Shown here in pieces: positions 13,353 through 31,378 of a stretch of 64,000 nucleotides of DNA; position 1 is the stretch's first letter, and every line of letters begins with the position of its first letter. The position numbers were made by a program, and so were the translations under genes. Below the pieces are notes generated by a model. That model had not been told where the DNA came from and searched no databases. It saw only the letters and a list, made by a program, of their open reading frames with translations. This DNA comes from Basidiobolus meristosporus CBS 931.73 (lineage: Eukaryota > Fungi > Basidiobolomycota): assembly GCA_002104905.1 (NCBI GenBank), contig MCFE01000055.1, positions 1 to 64,000 on the forward strand, in the 5' to 3' direction.

Positions 13353-14704
13353 TTACTGCAAAAAGCGCATAGCAAACTCGAAGCTAATGACACCGGTAGG
13401 ATTAGTGGTGGGGCCAGATCGTCATTGTAAAAATTGAAACTTACCCAACAAAGGTGGCAGCGTTGGCGGGCGCGGCACGAATGATGCATGGGGCAATGCC
13501 ACGGAAGAAGCCAGCAGCCCCTTCATGGGCAAAAGTCTTGCGAGCACAGTCAATCATGGACTTGTACTTCTGGGAGGCCGAATCGAAGCTATCGGTTTGC
13601 AATTTGGATTTAATGATATCCTAGAGCAATGCGAACGTAAGTTTCCCAGGGGCTTCATGCCGAATACAGATGTGAGGGGGCTTACGATCGGGTATACGGT
13701 CAACCACATGGCGTAACCTGCAGCGGCACCATAAGCGCAGACCTTCCAGGTTGGAAGCTCGTCTCTACGCTTATTTTCCTTTTGGATGGCACGCTGCACC
13801 AAATATTCGTAGGCCAGGAAGTAGGCACCATAGCCCTGGAACTCACGGATCATAGTGGCAACTTGACCCTTGTAGATGCCGCTCAGGCCGTGAGACTTGT
13901 AAATCTTCTGGATGCAGTCCACTGGGCCAGTGTAAAACACTCTGGAGGGAACATTTGCGGCAGTGGCTCCTGGAAGAGCAGGGGCGCTAGATGTTTGAAC
14001 TTGCAAACGAGTACGAATATGCTCAACAGGTCCTAAGGATGACTGTTAGTTGGGGTATTCGCTACAGTCTCAGGTGATCAAATCCACCAACCAGAAACAA
14101 TAGAGTTGGCAACTCCAGAGGCTGCACCAGCCACATACAATTGAGAAAGGGAAAGCATGCTAGAATCGGAGCCCTTTCCTGATTTAGCATTGATGTCGGT
14201 GTACAATCTTTTCATGGCTTGAAGAACAAGAAATTGGATGGATACGCATGCTCCGACGCCAACCAATGGGGTGGTGGTGCCCTGGGATTGATGGTCAACG
14301 AAGCGCAATAGAGCAGTGCTACAATGAACCGCACACCTTGTAAAAACCAGCGAAGCCTTCTTGAGCAATAGTCTTCCTAACACAGTCCAAAGTTCCCGAG
14401 TACAATGGAGCGGCTCCTGGGGCCGGGGTAGGCTGGGTTTGAAGTCTCTGGAAATATCACCCCATTGGTTAGGTATTGGCAAGATTTGGATATGACACGG
14501 CAGAATGAATACAAACCACTTTCACTGTGTCAAAAGGCTGAAATCAATCGCCAAACAAGAATTCAATTCTGGTTAATTGCATGTTGAGTCAACACATCCT
14601 GGTATATCAGCATTTACCTGGCCTGCAAAGACCTGCAAGATGCCGCCGGCGGAGCCAGCAACACAGTCCTTTACAGCGCGCATAGAGTCCTCAGATTTAG
14701 CCAT
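13353..14704 (-). CDS. YMC1: Mitochondrial carrier family protein, Ymc1/Ymc2 (SLC25) type
   Basis: Three carrier signatures: PFDTVKV|[16 protein letters not shown]|DIIKSKLQ. Also GFYK|[17 protein letters not shown]. Confidence 0.85.
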
Positions 14705-15569
14705 TTTCGTGAAGAGAAGCAGTTCGGATCGTTGCCAACAAACAAACGCAAGCTCAAGACCTAGCGAGACGACGCTTTTAACTGCCGTTGGAGCACGTGG
14801 TGATTGGGTGACCGAGTGGAATATAGTCAAGATTGGTCAATAATCTGGTGAGTACAGAGCCATCGTTTATGGTTAGAACGTGGAAGATGGAGATGAGATA
14901 GATCTTTTTGCGCTAGTCCGCAGATATAGATTATATATTCAGGCATTCGCCGTAGGCCTTTTCCCTCGATCCACAAACCTCAATGGCAACTGATGCGAAT
15001 AATCCCGGGCAAGATTGAATGGGCATTGGGCAGCATTCCCCTCCAAGCATCGCATCGATGCCATGTTGAATGGATTCATTGCTCTACCATCATTTCGCAC
15101 TTCATTTCTCACATTGATTTCGATTTGAGGATAATCAACGAGATAAATGCTCATGTTTCAGAGTGGTCATGTTACACCCATCGTTTAGGGCAATTAAGGA
15201 TGGGCACGGCAGTTGGATGAGTATGTACGGATGTTAGTCCACATGAGCAGATGAGGTTGTAGATGCATCTTCATTTATGCCCCTTGCATACTCCGCGTAA
15301 TGTGCGGGCGTTAGAAGGCATCCAGTTGAAATCGGGGTTCCGCCAAGATGGCTGCGTACATGAGGAAACTTACATTCGTGCATTTACGAAAGTCATTGTT
15401 TCTGAGGCCATACTTCTCCATTTCGCAACAAAAACCAGAAGCGAGCTTGTTGGAGTGGCAATCTGCGTCTAGATTGATCAATTAACCTCACATATGTTTC
15501 GCAATGAAACGATATTGAATACTTCCACCTGATGGATAGCTGTAGGCCCGTTGTGATAAATATTCGACG

Positions 15570-16434
15570 ATGGCGTATAAACAACCTCCCGCCCCTATCC
15601 ACAGCTCAGTCCGAAAGGCTATCTCAAGGTCGCCATCGCACATATATACCAAGATGAAATTTTTCAAAAGACGAGTGAAGCCTGCGAGTGAGGAGAGCAC
15701 ACCGAAAATCAAGAAGAAACACGAAGCACTGGCCTACAAGGCCCGGGATATTATAGTCGGTGAAAAGGAGCCCTATGACTGTGTTAACACAATAAAAGCA
15801 TTGCAGCGGCCCAGCACTATGGGAAAGGTTCTGTCTATATTACGAGATATGCCAGAGCCACCAAACAAAGGCCATTTTGACACGGCAGAGAATCCACCTA
15901 CTAAAGTCTCTTCCTCAGCCTATATTAAATACAACGACCTCACAGGAACCGTACGACCATACACTTTAAATCAAACGGACCTCGCTGCGACAAGCCAACC
16001 ATCAAACATGCCCGACCAATCAAAAAAAGTGCTAACGACTGTAGATGAAGGTGAGGAAACGCTACCCACAATCGACTGGCCAGCGAAAGAAGCGGTTTCC
16101 ATATTCACCTATTGGTGGGGCTACGAACTCTACGTGCCCAACCACGTGGTCGTTAGAATCGTAAAAGAGGGAAACATGGCGGCAGCAGTTGCGAGTTTGA
16201 TAGCTGCCACAGCCACAGCGGTGCCACCACTGGTTCCCTTCGTGAGGGTTATTGCGGGCTTCCTAACTCTTGAGCTGACCGCTATCCAGGGTAGAGACAA
16301 AGGAACTGGGCTGATACTTTCAGCTTCGTGGTATGTTTGGCTACCTGGTTGATCATTCAAATTCGAACTAACTTCAGAATTTTTGCGCGACAAGGCTACT
16401 CCCTGCTGTCTTGATACCTCGGCCTTGGACATAA
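15570..16434 (+). CDS. Hypothetical protein; disordered N-terminus and a hydrophobic C-terminal domain (FTYWWGYELYVP ... SASW|LLPAVLIPRPW)
   Basis: 260-codon ORF. A probable final intron (~16331-16394) restores W-LLPAVLIPRPWT-stop. Confidence 0.65.
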
Positions 16435-16770
16435 GAGCCTTTTGGGCTGTTGAATGTATATGTCAGATACTTTAAATAAGAATGCTATTGTTGATATATC
16501 TACAAGGATGGTCTATACAATCTAATAAATGCATGTTCCGTGTTCTGTAAATGATTCTCGAACGTAATCCCAAGTTTATTCCAAAAGCATGGCAGCATTA
16601 ACTTAAAGCAGTGCTACACAGATGGTTCATTCAACTGAATTAAAAATCTACGGAGCAGGGGATGGGTTTCCTTCAGCAAACCAATGTCGCATTGAATATC
16701 TTCATGGTTTGACTCCATTCTATCTCCGACCAACCGTCGATGTACAAAGTATTGAAACATTATGGTGCGA

Positions 16771-21437
<4,667 letters not shown>

Positions 21438-22711
21438 GAAAGTTCACTAGATCTTTCAACGTAAACTGCAACCACAGCTGTAGGAGAGATGATCCTAAAT
21501 TCAGGAATAAAAATTGGTCACAAATTCAAGCATCTTTTCAACATTCCCTACTATTTTTATTTTATGGTCGAGTTAGGTAATTATTTTAGTTGAAAGTGAC
21601 TGGCTGAACAAACTGAAGTACGCTCGATCATAAATTTGAATTTCAAGAGTTTTGCATGCCTTACTCGCCTACAATTTATGTTGAATACAGGTCGGCTTTG
21701 AGCATATCATATAACCATCAGTGCTTGATGGTTATTTAAATTCTGCAGAACCAAATTGACTAGACTCTGGATACCCGCGCTAGAAACACTGAAAATATAA
21801 GTGTCTAACCACACATATCGCGAGACATTGGACAAGCCTCACTGAATCAGCATTCAGCCTGTATCGGCACGTACAACTTCACCAAGTCATGATACCTCTA
21901 TCGTACAAAGAGCTGGTCTAGGTCCACACACCTTGCGATTCCACAAAGTGTCTATGACAACGGTGGTGAGACGGGAATCGAGTAACGTAGCATTTGAGAC
22001 GTGCTGGTCAAGAAAAGTTGATCTCGAATGGATTATCCTTAAATGATATATGCCCAGAAGTAAAGTTAAGGACTGCAAGCTTGTGTTATGTAGTAGGTAG
22101 TACAATTATGGTATTGATCTGGCGGGTGTGGTGGCCGTATTTCCATCTAGGAACCGAAAATTTCCATTTTTTTTCAGGTTCACTTCATGCACATAGCGAG
22201 TTGACAAGACACGTGGTGATATGTATTTTGGACAACACTTAGATTAGTGCTACAAAGAGCCACCCTTCTGCGCATCTGGAATTGGTGTCACCACCATTCG
22301 AGAAAGACAATAAAAAATACTGGTCTTGGAAGATGCAAATATGCGCTATTGTGTTATCATCATCATAGCAGGAGTTGTCTCACCCTAATTAAAGCCGGTC
22401 TCAGTTTAGGTGATGATGATATCTTCATTTGATGGACCCATATCATTTGGAAGTACTATCGTGAGCGTAGTCGACGCGCATGGAGGTGGGTGCACCCCAA
22501 ACTCCTAGATCAATTTAAGAGTTTGAGGCGATTAAGGACAAGTGTTCTTGAGGGATCGGTGTTTAGGGCCAATGAAGGGTTTTCCATCAGTTTACCCTCG
22601 CGTGCCTGGCTATGACTAGAAACCTATATAACCAGGTGCTCTTCCCCACACCCCACACCCTGCTCCTTTGTAATTTCTTTAACCAACGACATTAACTTTT
22701 CTAACTTAAAA

Positions 22712-23702
22712 ATGGGTGTTAAACTATTGGACGATCACTATTTGGCCATCACGGCCTTCATCATTGCTGCATACCAACTTGTTTTTTTCCTCGCCGCGTT
22801 CGCGGTTAGAATCGAAAGATACAAGCTATTCGCGGGAAGCATGAACTTCGTGCTGCTTACCTTGTTGACGTTCATCCTCGCTCAGACCTTTTACGCAAGA
22901 CAGATACTTGCATTTGCTATGATCATTTTATGGGGCTTGCGTGCTGCCGGTGACCAGATTTTCCGGGTGATCCACAATGTTCAGGTTGAGGATGAGTCTG
23001 GGGTGAAATGTTTTTCGCTTTTCTCGTTCACACTCCTGCAAATGTTCTGGGTGTGGGCAGTATCCCTACCTTTTACCATACTGAACTCCCCCTCTACCAT
23101 TGGTAACCCGACGTTTGGTAGTGTCGCTGATATCCTGGGGTTGATTCTTTGGAGTGTCGGATTTACCCTTAGAGCTGGTATGTGCGCGCTGGTAATTTGA
23201 TCGTGTAAGTGTTACTGACCTTTTCACTATAGTTGCCGATTTCCAAAGGAATCAGCATTACAGTCAACGCTTCGGCCAACTTGAGATTCTGAAGTCCGGC
23301 CTGTGGTCATACTCCAGGTACCCGAATTATTTTGGGGAGATCCTAACTTGGTGGGGAATATTCCTTCTATGCCTACAGCCTACCATTAGTGCGGGCTCCG
23401 CCGCCAATTGGGTCTCCATCCTTAGTCCGATCACTGTAATTATCGGTCTTTTCTTTGTAACTGGTCTGTTGCAAAGAGAGAGATCCACTCAACAGAAGTT
23501 CTACGAGAGCCCCGAGTTCTCCGCGTACAAGGATTACCTCGATAGAACCTCGCTGCTCGTTCCAATGCCTTCGGCCTTGTATATTAGATTGCCATTATGG
23601 TCGAAGGCGATGTTCTTATTTGAGTGGCCCATTTTCCGGTATGCTCCCGCATGGAAAACCACCTATGTTGGCCATAAAATAGGCTCCATGGAGCAATTAT
23701 AA
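22712..23702 (+). CDS. DUF1295 / steroid 5-alpha-reductase-like membrane protein, one intron
   Basis: MGVKLLDDHYLAIT start; SGLWSYSRYPNYFGEILTWWG; YKDYLDRTSLLVPMP. Confidence 0.85.
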
Positions 23703-24009
23703 GAACCATCCCAGAGGTAGAGCGCAGCCGAGGTACTCCGAAGCATGGTTGCGAGAACTCCAGGGTAGAGGTATCCCTTTTGTCGTAAGCTACATCTCTC
23801 GTTTACTGTTCCATATTTCACAATCGGTGTACATATATGCATCATACAGTTGGAGTGGTAGCATGCCACTCCCTCGCTGTTTAAACTACCTAGTCAAAGG
23901 GGTATCATATTCTCATTCCACCTTGCATCTAAATTTCTAAAATCCACTGTTTATTTTTCTATATTTATCACGCCGTCTAACATTGGTTCAGCTTGTAAAT
24001 TTCTCTGAA

Positions 24010-24023
24010 CCCCCCCCCCCCCC
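24010..24023. repeat. C14 homopolymer (G14 on the minus strand)
   Basis: 14 consecutive C bases in an otherwise AT-rich intergenic stretch. Confidence 0.9.
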
Positions 24024-24757
24024 TAAAAAACCACTTAAAAAATGTTTATTCCGTTTCGTCGAGTTTTATCTCCGTACATATTCATTTCTCATTTTTGGAA
24101 TACTCATCCCATATGAATGGCCTTCATGATCAAGTCCTGGACAAAAAATGAAGATTAAAGTAGTGTTTTCGACTAACTCTAAGGCTTTAAAATGTATTTC
24201 GGAGTAAACCGTAAGTTTCTTGGTGTGCGTTCTTCATAGTGGAATGATCACTGCCAGTCAGCAGGGTCCTGAAAGTGTGGAGTTACCCTATCATTTCCGT
24301 CTTAATTGCTGAAATATAACAGAATTAAAGATATGGAGCTGGGTTTCTGTTTAATTGAACGCTACAGGTTGTAAGATTTGAATAAAATAGCAATGGCCAA
24401 CTGAATACCAGACTTTATGGTATGTTTCATTTACAATCTCGAACTGTTTCTTGGTTAAGTGGTTGCTTCGCGAGAGTTGCTCCAGTGTTATACGTCAAAT
24501 AGCGCGATACTAAACAAGTCAAGATGGCCAGTGCTTCCAATGTTCCGCTTGTCAAAGAACCCCAACCATTTGTTGCTGGGGCATATTTCTCATAAAAGAA
24601 GTAATTCGATGTGATCTCCGACTGTTAGAAATTAATATTAGAGGCAGAGAACGTGACATTTATTCTCGAAGGATGAATGTCAAGGTCCGAAGATTCAGAA
24701 TGACAAATGTACAAGAAAGCAATTCACTCGCTGTGTTCTCATTCCTATACCGAGTAC

Positions 24758-27031
24758 TTAGTAATTGAGGTAATGGCCGTGTTTGCGGCGCTCGTATTCA
24801 CGAATCTCGAACATCATTTGAACGGTAGCAAAAATGCACAAAAATGTCGTACCAAGGAAAATTATACCTATATTCGAAAGAGATTGATTAGATTGGTTTA
24901 AATTATCAGCAAGATATATATGGCTTAAAGATGCTCTACCATCTATTTCAAATATTCTAGTTATCATTTCCTGTACTCCATCTAACCCGACAGCGAAGCC
25001 AACTAGATTTGCTGTCATCATAAACAGGATATTGATTACTGCACCAGTGGCAGCAAAATGGCGGTACCATGGCTTGACCTGGAACTGTTGAAGAATGGGT
25101 TAACTCATTATTAATTGAGCTGCGAACCTACTGAAATTACCTTTGGCTTAGCAAATATGGCAGTGCAGATGATTTCAGGCAAAATAAACAAAGTGATAAG
25201 CCAGGCCCAAGCAAGCAGGTTCATGGAAATATCATGCCATAGTGCGACAAACGTGAATACAATGCCAATATTGTAGATCTGATATTTGGTTCCTCCTAAA
25301 GGAACATAGATGTATCTAATTTGACATGTTATTATTGTAATTCTCCGGTCAAGGTATTGCGTGACTACTAACCTAATAAGCCACCTATTGTAACTTCTGT
25401 GCCAGCTTCTCCAGAATCCCAACGCCGAATAATTATTACTCATGCAACGTAGCATATTTTCTTGGGTTTCGATTCCATCTGCCATGGCCCAAAAACGGAA
25501 GAGTCGCCATATGATGAATAGCTGTGATGAGTGTAATATTGAGTGTGATGCGTTCAAATATTATGGATTTCTATGGACTTTACCTTGAGCCAAATTAACT
25601 TCAAATTGAGGTATCCAACCATTCCCATTTCTAAGGGACTAAACCCTGTCCAGGCTTTAGCTTTGCTGATGGAGACAACATAGAAACAGTGCAATAAGAC
25701 CTCCATTAATAGGATAGAGGCGAGCACGCGGAGCCCATAGATGATGGTGCTCCTGGTAGACAGGGCTTTGGAAGGGAAGCGTAGCTGTAAGAATAAATTG
25801 GTGAGTATTTAATTCTAAGCAGTAACATGTCCGAGATTACCTGAGAGATGAAATTGTTGAATGTGATTATAGGGCCAGCCAAGAACAAAGGCGTATACAG
25901 AATATACGCTAGATAGTAAATGAAATTGTAATCCGACGGGGGGCATGGCGTATTGACCCTCTCCTTCTCGTTTGTAGGCTCAACCATTCTCTTTTCTTTC
26001 TGCTTGACACAACATGTTAAGTCATATTGATAATGCTTGCGGGAAAACGTGCTTACTGGAGGTAGAGAAGCTTGAGACGATTCAGATAGGCTCCAATAGT
26101 AATCCATGTTGAAAGAAACCATTCGAAGCATGGATATGTTAAATAGGACATACCACTGCTCGAATAATCCAGAGTATTCATCCTGATGCAGTAATTAGCT
26201 TCCTTAGCATAGGATCTTGAAATGATTCGAGAGCAGTGTAGTAATAAAATACCATGAAAGCCAACTTCTCACTGATCATACTGTAACGATATCCACTGCA
26301 TTTTTCATTCGCAAATAGAACTCCCATGTTGAAAATCCAAGTCAGGATCGGATTTAGTCGGCTATTTTTAAAGCCTTTGGCTATCCAATAATTGACGGAG
26401 ACGATACTGAGAATTTTCAGCGTATTCAATCCATAGACAAAGCAGAGAAACAACAACGCGAATCCCAAGATGAAATAAACCCGAGGAGTGACACGGTCAT
26501 GCTGTTTTGTGCTTTCTCTTTCGTATATACGCCTGATAACCTGGCTTGCTACTAGGTATACTACCATAGACAAGCCAATGTACGGATAGTTATCACGTAT
26601 CGCTGAAAACTGGGAATCGCTATTATCCTGTATGGGTAACACTCAGAAAATGTCACGAGATTATTGCTTATTCACTATAACGTGACATACCACTTTTCTG
26701 CCGAACAACCAGCCATCAGAAAGCTTGTCAGAATAGAGTTTAAAATTGGGATGAGATTCTATGAAATGGATTGAAATACATTTTTAGTAAAGTGCTCGCT
26801 GAGTTAGTGAAATTTTTAAATACCTGAGCTGAAGTCATAAGCGACCTTTAGGATGTAAGGAGCAAATACAATGTACAAGAAATAGTAGAAGTAGAATTCT
26901 TTGGTAAACCACCGCGAGGGACTAGGTGGCAACTCTATCTTCTTTCTGGGGGATCTAGAGGAACCACTTTCCTCGACGGTATGAACCTCATCTCGGATTT
27001 CCCTATGTCGAAGTGAAGTACTTTCACTCAT
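24758..27031 (-). CDS. GUP1: Gup1 MBOAT acyltransferase, multi-exon
   Basis: [12 protein letters not shown]; [13 protein letters not shown]; [13 protein letters not shown]; [14 protein letters not shown]; [15 protein letters not shown]; FTFVALWHD. Confidence 0.93.
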
Positions 27032-27842
27032 AACTTGCCTGAATGCTTGGTAGTTCGATTTCTGGGATAAATGAACTGGTCATCAATAAATAACAACTAC
27101 ACCACCATTCTAGTGTCACGTGGGAACTATTAGTAGTGCATCAGGCATCGAACTATTAACGGACAAATGTGGGAGCCAATTGTATTGATTGATTGCACTA
27201 TGCTAAGCAATTCCTAGTTAGTGTGTAATTTGCGTAGACTATTACTACGGTACAGATCCAAGCAATAAGGATTTATATAGATGTAATGCATTTAATATTC
27301 TTCCACAATTCCTGACAGCATAATTTTTCAGCAGTGTGCTATTCACAACCCTGCTTATACATCAGATCTAAGCCAATATTCAATGACCATACTGTGAAGC
27401 ATTTTATTAGAGAATGCTTAGGCCAGTCTTTCCACATGAAAGTTTGCCATATCCATATCGAATACGCTTCAGTGATCAATACCAACAAGCATAAAGTGAC
27501 ATTCTATCGATATTGGGGGCAGGCGAAATATTCCAGCTAATCTTAAATTCGAATGTCATAATTGCTTCTCATGTGGGGATAATGATGAAGAGTGGAGTCG
27601 GAGAAGGTGTGACATCCGTATATTTTTTCTTAGGGCCATGTCCAGCAAGTGAAGTGACAATTAAATTCTGTGCGATTCATATTGAGTGAAGATGAAATAG
27701 AGTTAGTAGTAGTGTTTAACTCCGAGTGACATATTTAGGAATAAAATTAGTCACGATGTATAATTATTAATAATTCACGTGTCAAGCTGGGTTGCTGTAT
27801 TATAAAAAAGTAGAGCAACCAACTTCCGTTCTGTAAAATAAG

Positions 27843-29496
27843 ATGGTGAGCGAAGTTTCTTCCAACACCAAATTACGCGTCGCCTTTGTCCATCCGGACT
27901 TGGGGATCGGTACGTATCGATTTTTGGCCATGTCCATAACAGTAAAGTTTAAATAAAGTTTATCTACAGGTGGTGCTGAGCGATTGGTGGTAGACTCTGC
28001 TGTGGGCCTTCAGAAACGCGGACATAAGGTGGTTATGTATACCTCACATCACGATCCGAAGCATTGTTTCGAAGAAACGTCAGATGGTAAGCTAACGCTT
28101 GCTTATCACCATGATAAGTGGAACGGGTAATTAACCTGAATGAATTTTAAGGTACGCTGGAGGTTCGTGTACGAGGAAATACGTTTGTTCCCCGTTCCAT
28201 CTTCGGCTATTTTTACATCGTTTGCGCCATTTGCCGGAATTTACTTTTAACCTTGTCTCTCTTGAGAGACCAAGAGAAATATGATATAATTTTTTGTGAC
28301 CAATTATCCATCTCGATTCCTTTATTGAGATTCTCGGGAGCCAAGGTTAGTAGTATATCAACAAGAGACCCGACAGTTTCTAACATACTTTCGAAGATAT
28401 TGTTCTACTGCCATTTCCCTGATAAGCTCTTAACTCAAAGAAACTCATTACTGAAGAAACTCTATCGCTATCCTATCGATTATCTTGAAGAACTCACCAC
28501 TGGTTAGTAGGGGTTTGATTTGAACTATGCTGGAATGATAAATTCAACCCCGTAAAATAGGAATGGCTGATAAGATCTTGGTGAATAGCTTATTCACAGC
28601 ATCAATCTTTACTGAATCCTTCAAGACTATTAAAGATATCCCTGGTGTATTGTATCCTAGCATACATTTTGATTACTACGGACAACAACCAGATCTTGCA
28701 AACCCTTCTCTGAAGCCTTTAATCTCGTAAGCGTAAATTCACCTTAATTTACAGTGGTCGCGCATTAAGTAATATCAAAAACGTTAGCAACAAAAAGACC
28801 ATTATTTCAATCAACAGATTTGAGCGTAAGAAAAACATCGAATTAGGGATCCATTCTTTTGCTCGACTCCAGTCACTAATGAGCAACGAGGAATTTTCCC
28901 AATTACGCTTGGTGGTTGCTGGTGGATACGATCTTAGAGTATCGGAGAATGTTGAATATTTGGAGGAGCTCAAGACGCTGGCCCAGAAACATGGATTAAG
29001 CACCTTTGTGATTGATCAACAATCCCTCTCAGCTCCACCGGAAGACACCAATGTTTTGTTTTTGCCTTCATTTGACGAAGCGCAGAGAAGCTATCTTTTC
29101 TCTACAGCTTTGTGTCTGCTATATACGCCAAGTAATGAACATTTCGGCATTGTCCCGGTAGAAGCTATGTATTCGAAAGTTCCCGTGGTCGCCGTTAATA
29201 GTGGAGGGCCTAGAGAATCCGTCAAAGACGGCGTTACCGGATTCTTGTGCGAGTCCTCAACCGAAGCTTTCACCGAAGCCATTTACAAAATATACAAAGG
29301 TGAGGTGGACGGCAATGCTATGGGGGAAGCTGGTAAAAAGCATGTGCAGGAGATGTTTTCTCTTCCTTCGTTCATAGATAGGCTAGAGAAGATTTTATTT
29401 AATCTTCGTAAAAAGTCAGTATCCTTCATTTATCTGTATCTGTCTACCATTTTCTTGACTGGGATCCTAATGTATGCTTTGGTTTCATTCTTTTGA
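27843..29496 (+). CDS. ALG2: Alpha-1,3/1,6-mannosyltransferase Alg2, multi-exon
   Basis: LRVAFVHPDLGI|GGAERLVVDSAVGLQ; FYCHFPDKLL; SINRFERKKNIELGI; LLYTPSNEHFGIVPVEAM. Confidence 0.96.
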
Positions 29497-29639
29497 ATGT
29501 TCATTGATGAGCCTTACTGCTACAATTAAAATGTCTGTTCTCTAGTAGACGTGTTGTTGATATCATTTCGCTACGCAAGTCATTCATGTTCAATCAGATA
29601 ATAAATCATCATGCTTTTGCATTACTTGCTCGAAAAATA

Positions 29640-30630
29640 TCCAACTCTTCAAGTGTTTCAAGCACAACTTGATATTATTGTTCATATTCATTGTCTCCAA
29701 ATGCCACTCTCATATCTCCAGCGTTCCGCCGCGAATTCAAAGTTCTCGTCCAGATGGAAAAAGAATTCACAAAATTGATTCTAGTTTTTTGTACACATTA
29801 TTGGCACTTTACAACAATTTAAATTAAACATATATCAAACGGGCAATACCAAGCCTTTTATGAACATCTTGTGTTAATTTACCGTAGCAATAGGTGCGAG
29901 CATTTCCACGAACACTTGTGCATAAGCGTGCTTCATTTTCATACTACGAGTTCTTAAAAAAATTACCACAACTCTGGAGGAAATCTACGATCTCTTCTAA
30001 TGCATCAGGGTATATCTGTAGAGATTAGAATCTATATGCTTATAAAGCCAGCACATAGGATACTAATTAAAACCCGTACTAAAAGCAACGCGGCTTAACC
30101 GCGGTCTCCTCTTACTAGGTAATTCCAGAGTATCATTTGATTCGCGCTCCCATAGTATCAGTGATTTTATCACATGGCTAGGTTGGTGTCGAGCTACAGT
30201 CCCAACGAGAGTAGGAATTATCAAATACTCTGTCGGCGCCACTACTCAAACTCTGATTTGGTTGCTAAATATGCTTTGTTGTGATTCAAGAAATATTGAT
30301 ATATTTGAGCTTGGCATGTACTCATTCATTTCACAAACACTCGCAAATTTCTTACTCTGCTGCTTTACCAAACTCGGCGAAAATATCACCTCCAAGACAA
30401 ATTCCGCTGGAGTTCGAGGTGGTTGATTCTCAAACAATAACTTCTTATGTACAGTTTCAGCGTGGGAGCCACTAGTGTCGAAAGCAGAAGAAAAGCTAAT
30501 CATATTATTGCTTGAGCTACGGACAACATTTCTTTGATTTTCAGCAGTAACTCCACCCTGTTTATGATATTCTTGTGTGGGTGAAGGGTGTCTGAAAGTG
30601 CCAAAAATGGCGAAGCAGATGGATCAGAGA
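29640..30630 (-). pseudogene. TAO3: Heavily decayed fragment of a TAO3/MOR2/PAG1 (Furry) gene
   Basis: Frameshift-corrected fragments: PRTPAEFVLEVIF-AEFGKAAE*EICECL; GADRVFD(K)FLLSLG-TVARHQPSHVIKSLILW; IYPDALEEIVDFLQSCGNFFKNS-SMKMKHAYAQVFVEMLAPIAT. These match Tao3/Furry N-terminal motifs as I recall them. Stops, frameshifts and large deletions are present. Confidence 0.7.
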
Positions 30631-31087
30631 CAGGTTTACAGTGATTGAGCTATTTTATTGAGTTCAGTAAGTTCACATCCGTCAAAATCCTCAATCAGCA
30701 CGTTCCACTTGATAAAAAGTGAATGAACAGAGAGTAAGTATTTCGAACTTGAACAGCCACACCACCAAACATTATATTGAACTCAATCATTCAAATTAAA
30801 AGCATACTCACAACGACATATTGGTTAAATTATGATCCATTAGAGTAACATGGTTGATTGTTGCTGAATATAGAGTGCATGTATTCAACCTGAGAATAAG
30901 TATTGCGCTGGATTAGTTGAAATGACTTTATTTCTGGATAGATGACCAGACATCATCAACAGGGAGTTTGATGACCATCTTGACAAAGTAAACAACCAGA
31001 ATACTCAAATTATTCCCATCCTTTAAGTTCGGTAAAGGCGCAAAGAATGTTCACAATCCAAGAAGCCAAACATTTGAGTGAACTAAA

Positions 31088-31378
31088 TTAGAGTCCCAAC
31101 TTGGTACGACGCCAGTGTCTACGCTTAGCGTTGTATCTGATCTTGTTGTCAGTTCTCAAACGGATCCAGTGAGGAATGGGTCTGTTTTGCTTTTGCTTCT
31201 TGCCAAGAATGCGCTTGACCTTGAAAGATTTTTGGGAAGGCTAGTAATAGCTAGTTAGATCAAGTCAAGTAAAAGGGTCACATGCGAAATACGTTGTTGA
31301 AGCAAGTCGTTATATTCGCTCGGAATAATGAACTTGTAAAGTTTGATGGATGGATAATGTAAAGAGATAGCTTACCAT
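31088..31378 (-). CDS. RPL39: 60S ribosomal protein L39 (eL39); not in the ORF track
   Basis: ATG|gtaagc intron 31375-31241, then [50 protein letters not shown]. Confidence 0.97.

Noticed and set aside
21780-22430. Near-open frames upstream of the DUF1295 gene
   Set aside because: May be a decayed gene, but no family motif could be recognised.
24100-24750. Fragments resembling a Myb (WTKNED) or SH3 (GDHIELL..WLG) motif
   Set aside because: Matches are too short, contain stops and lie on opposite strands; not distinguishable from chance.
29419-29427. GTATCCTTC (U12-like donor) near the ALG2 3' end
   Set aside because: It lies in an open frame encoding a hydrophobic tail, with no AG or AC at a suitable distance from the weak TTCTTGAC.
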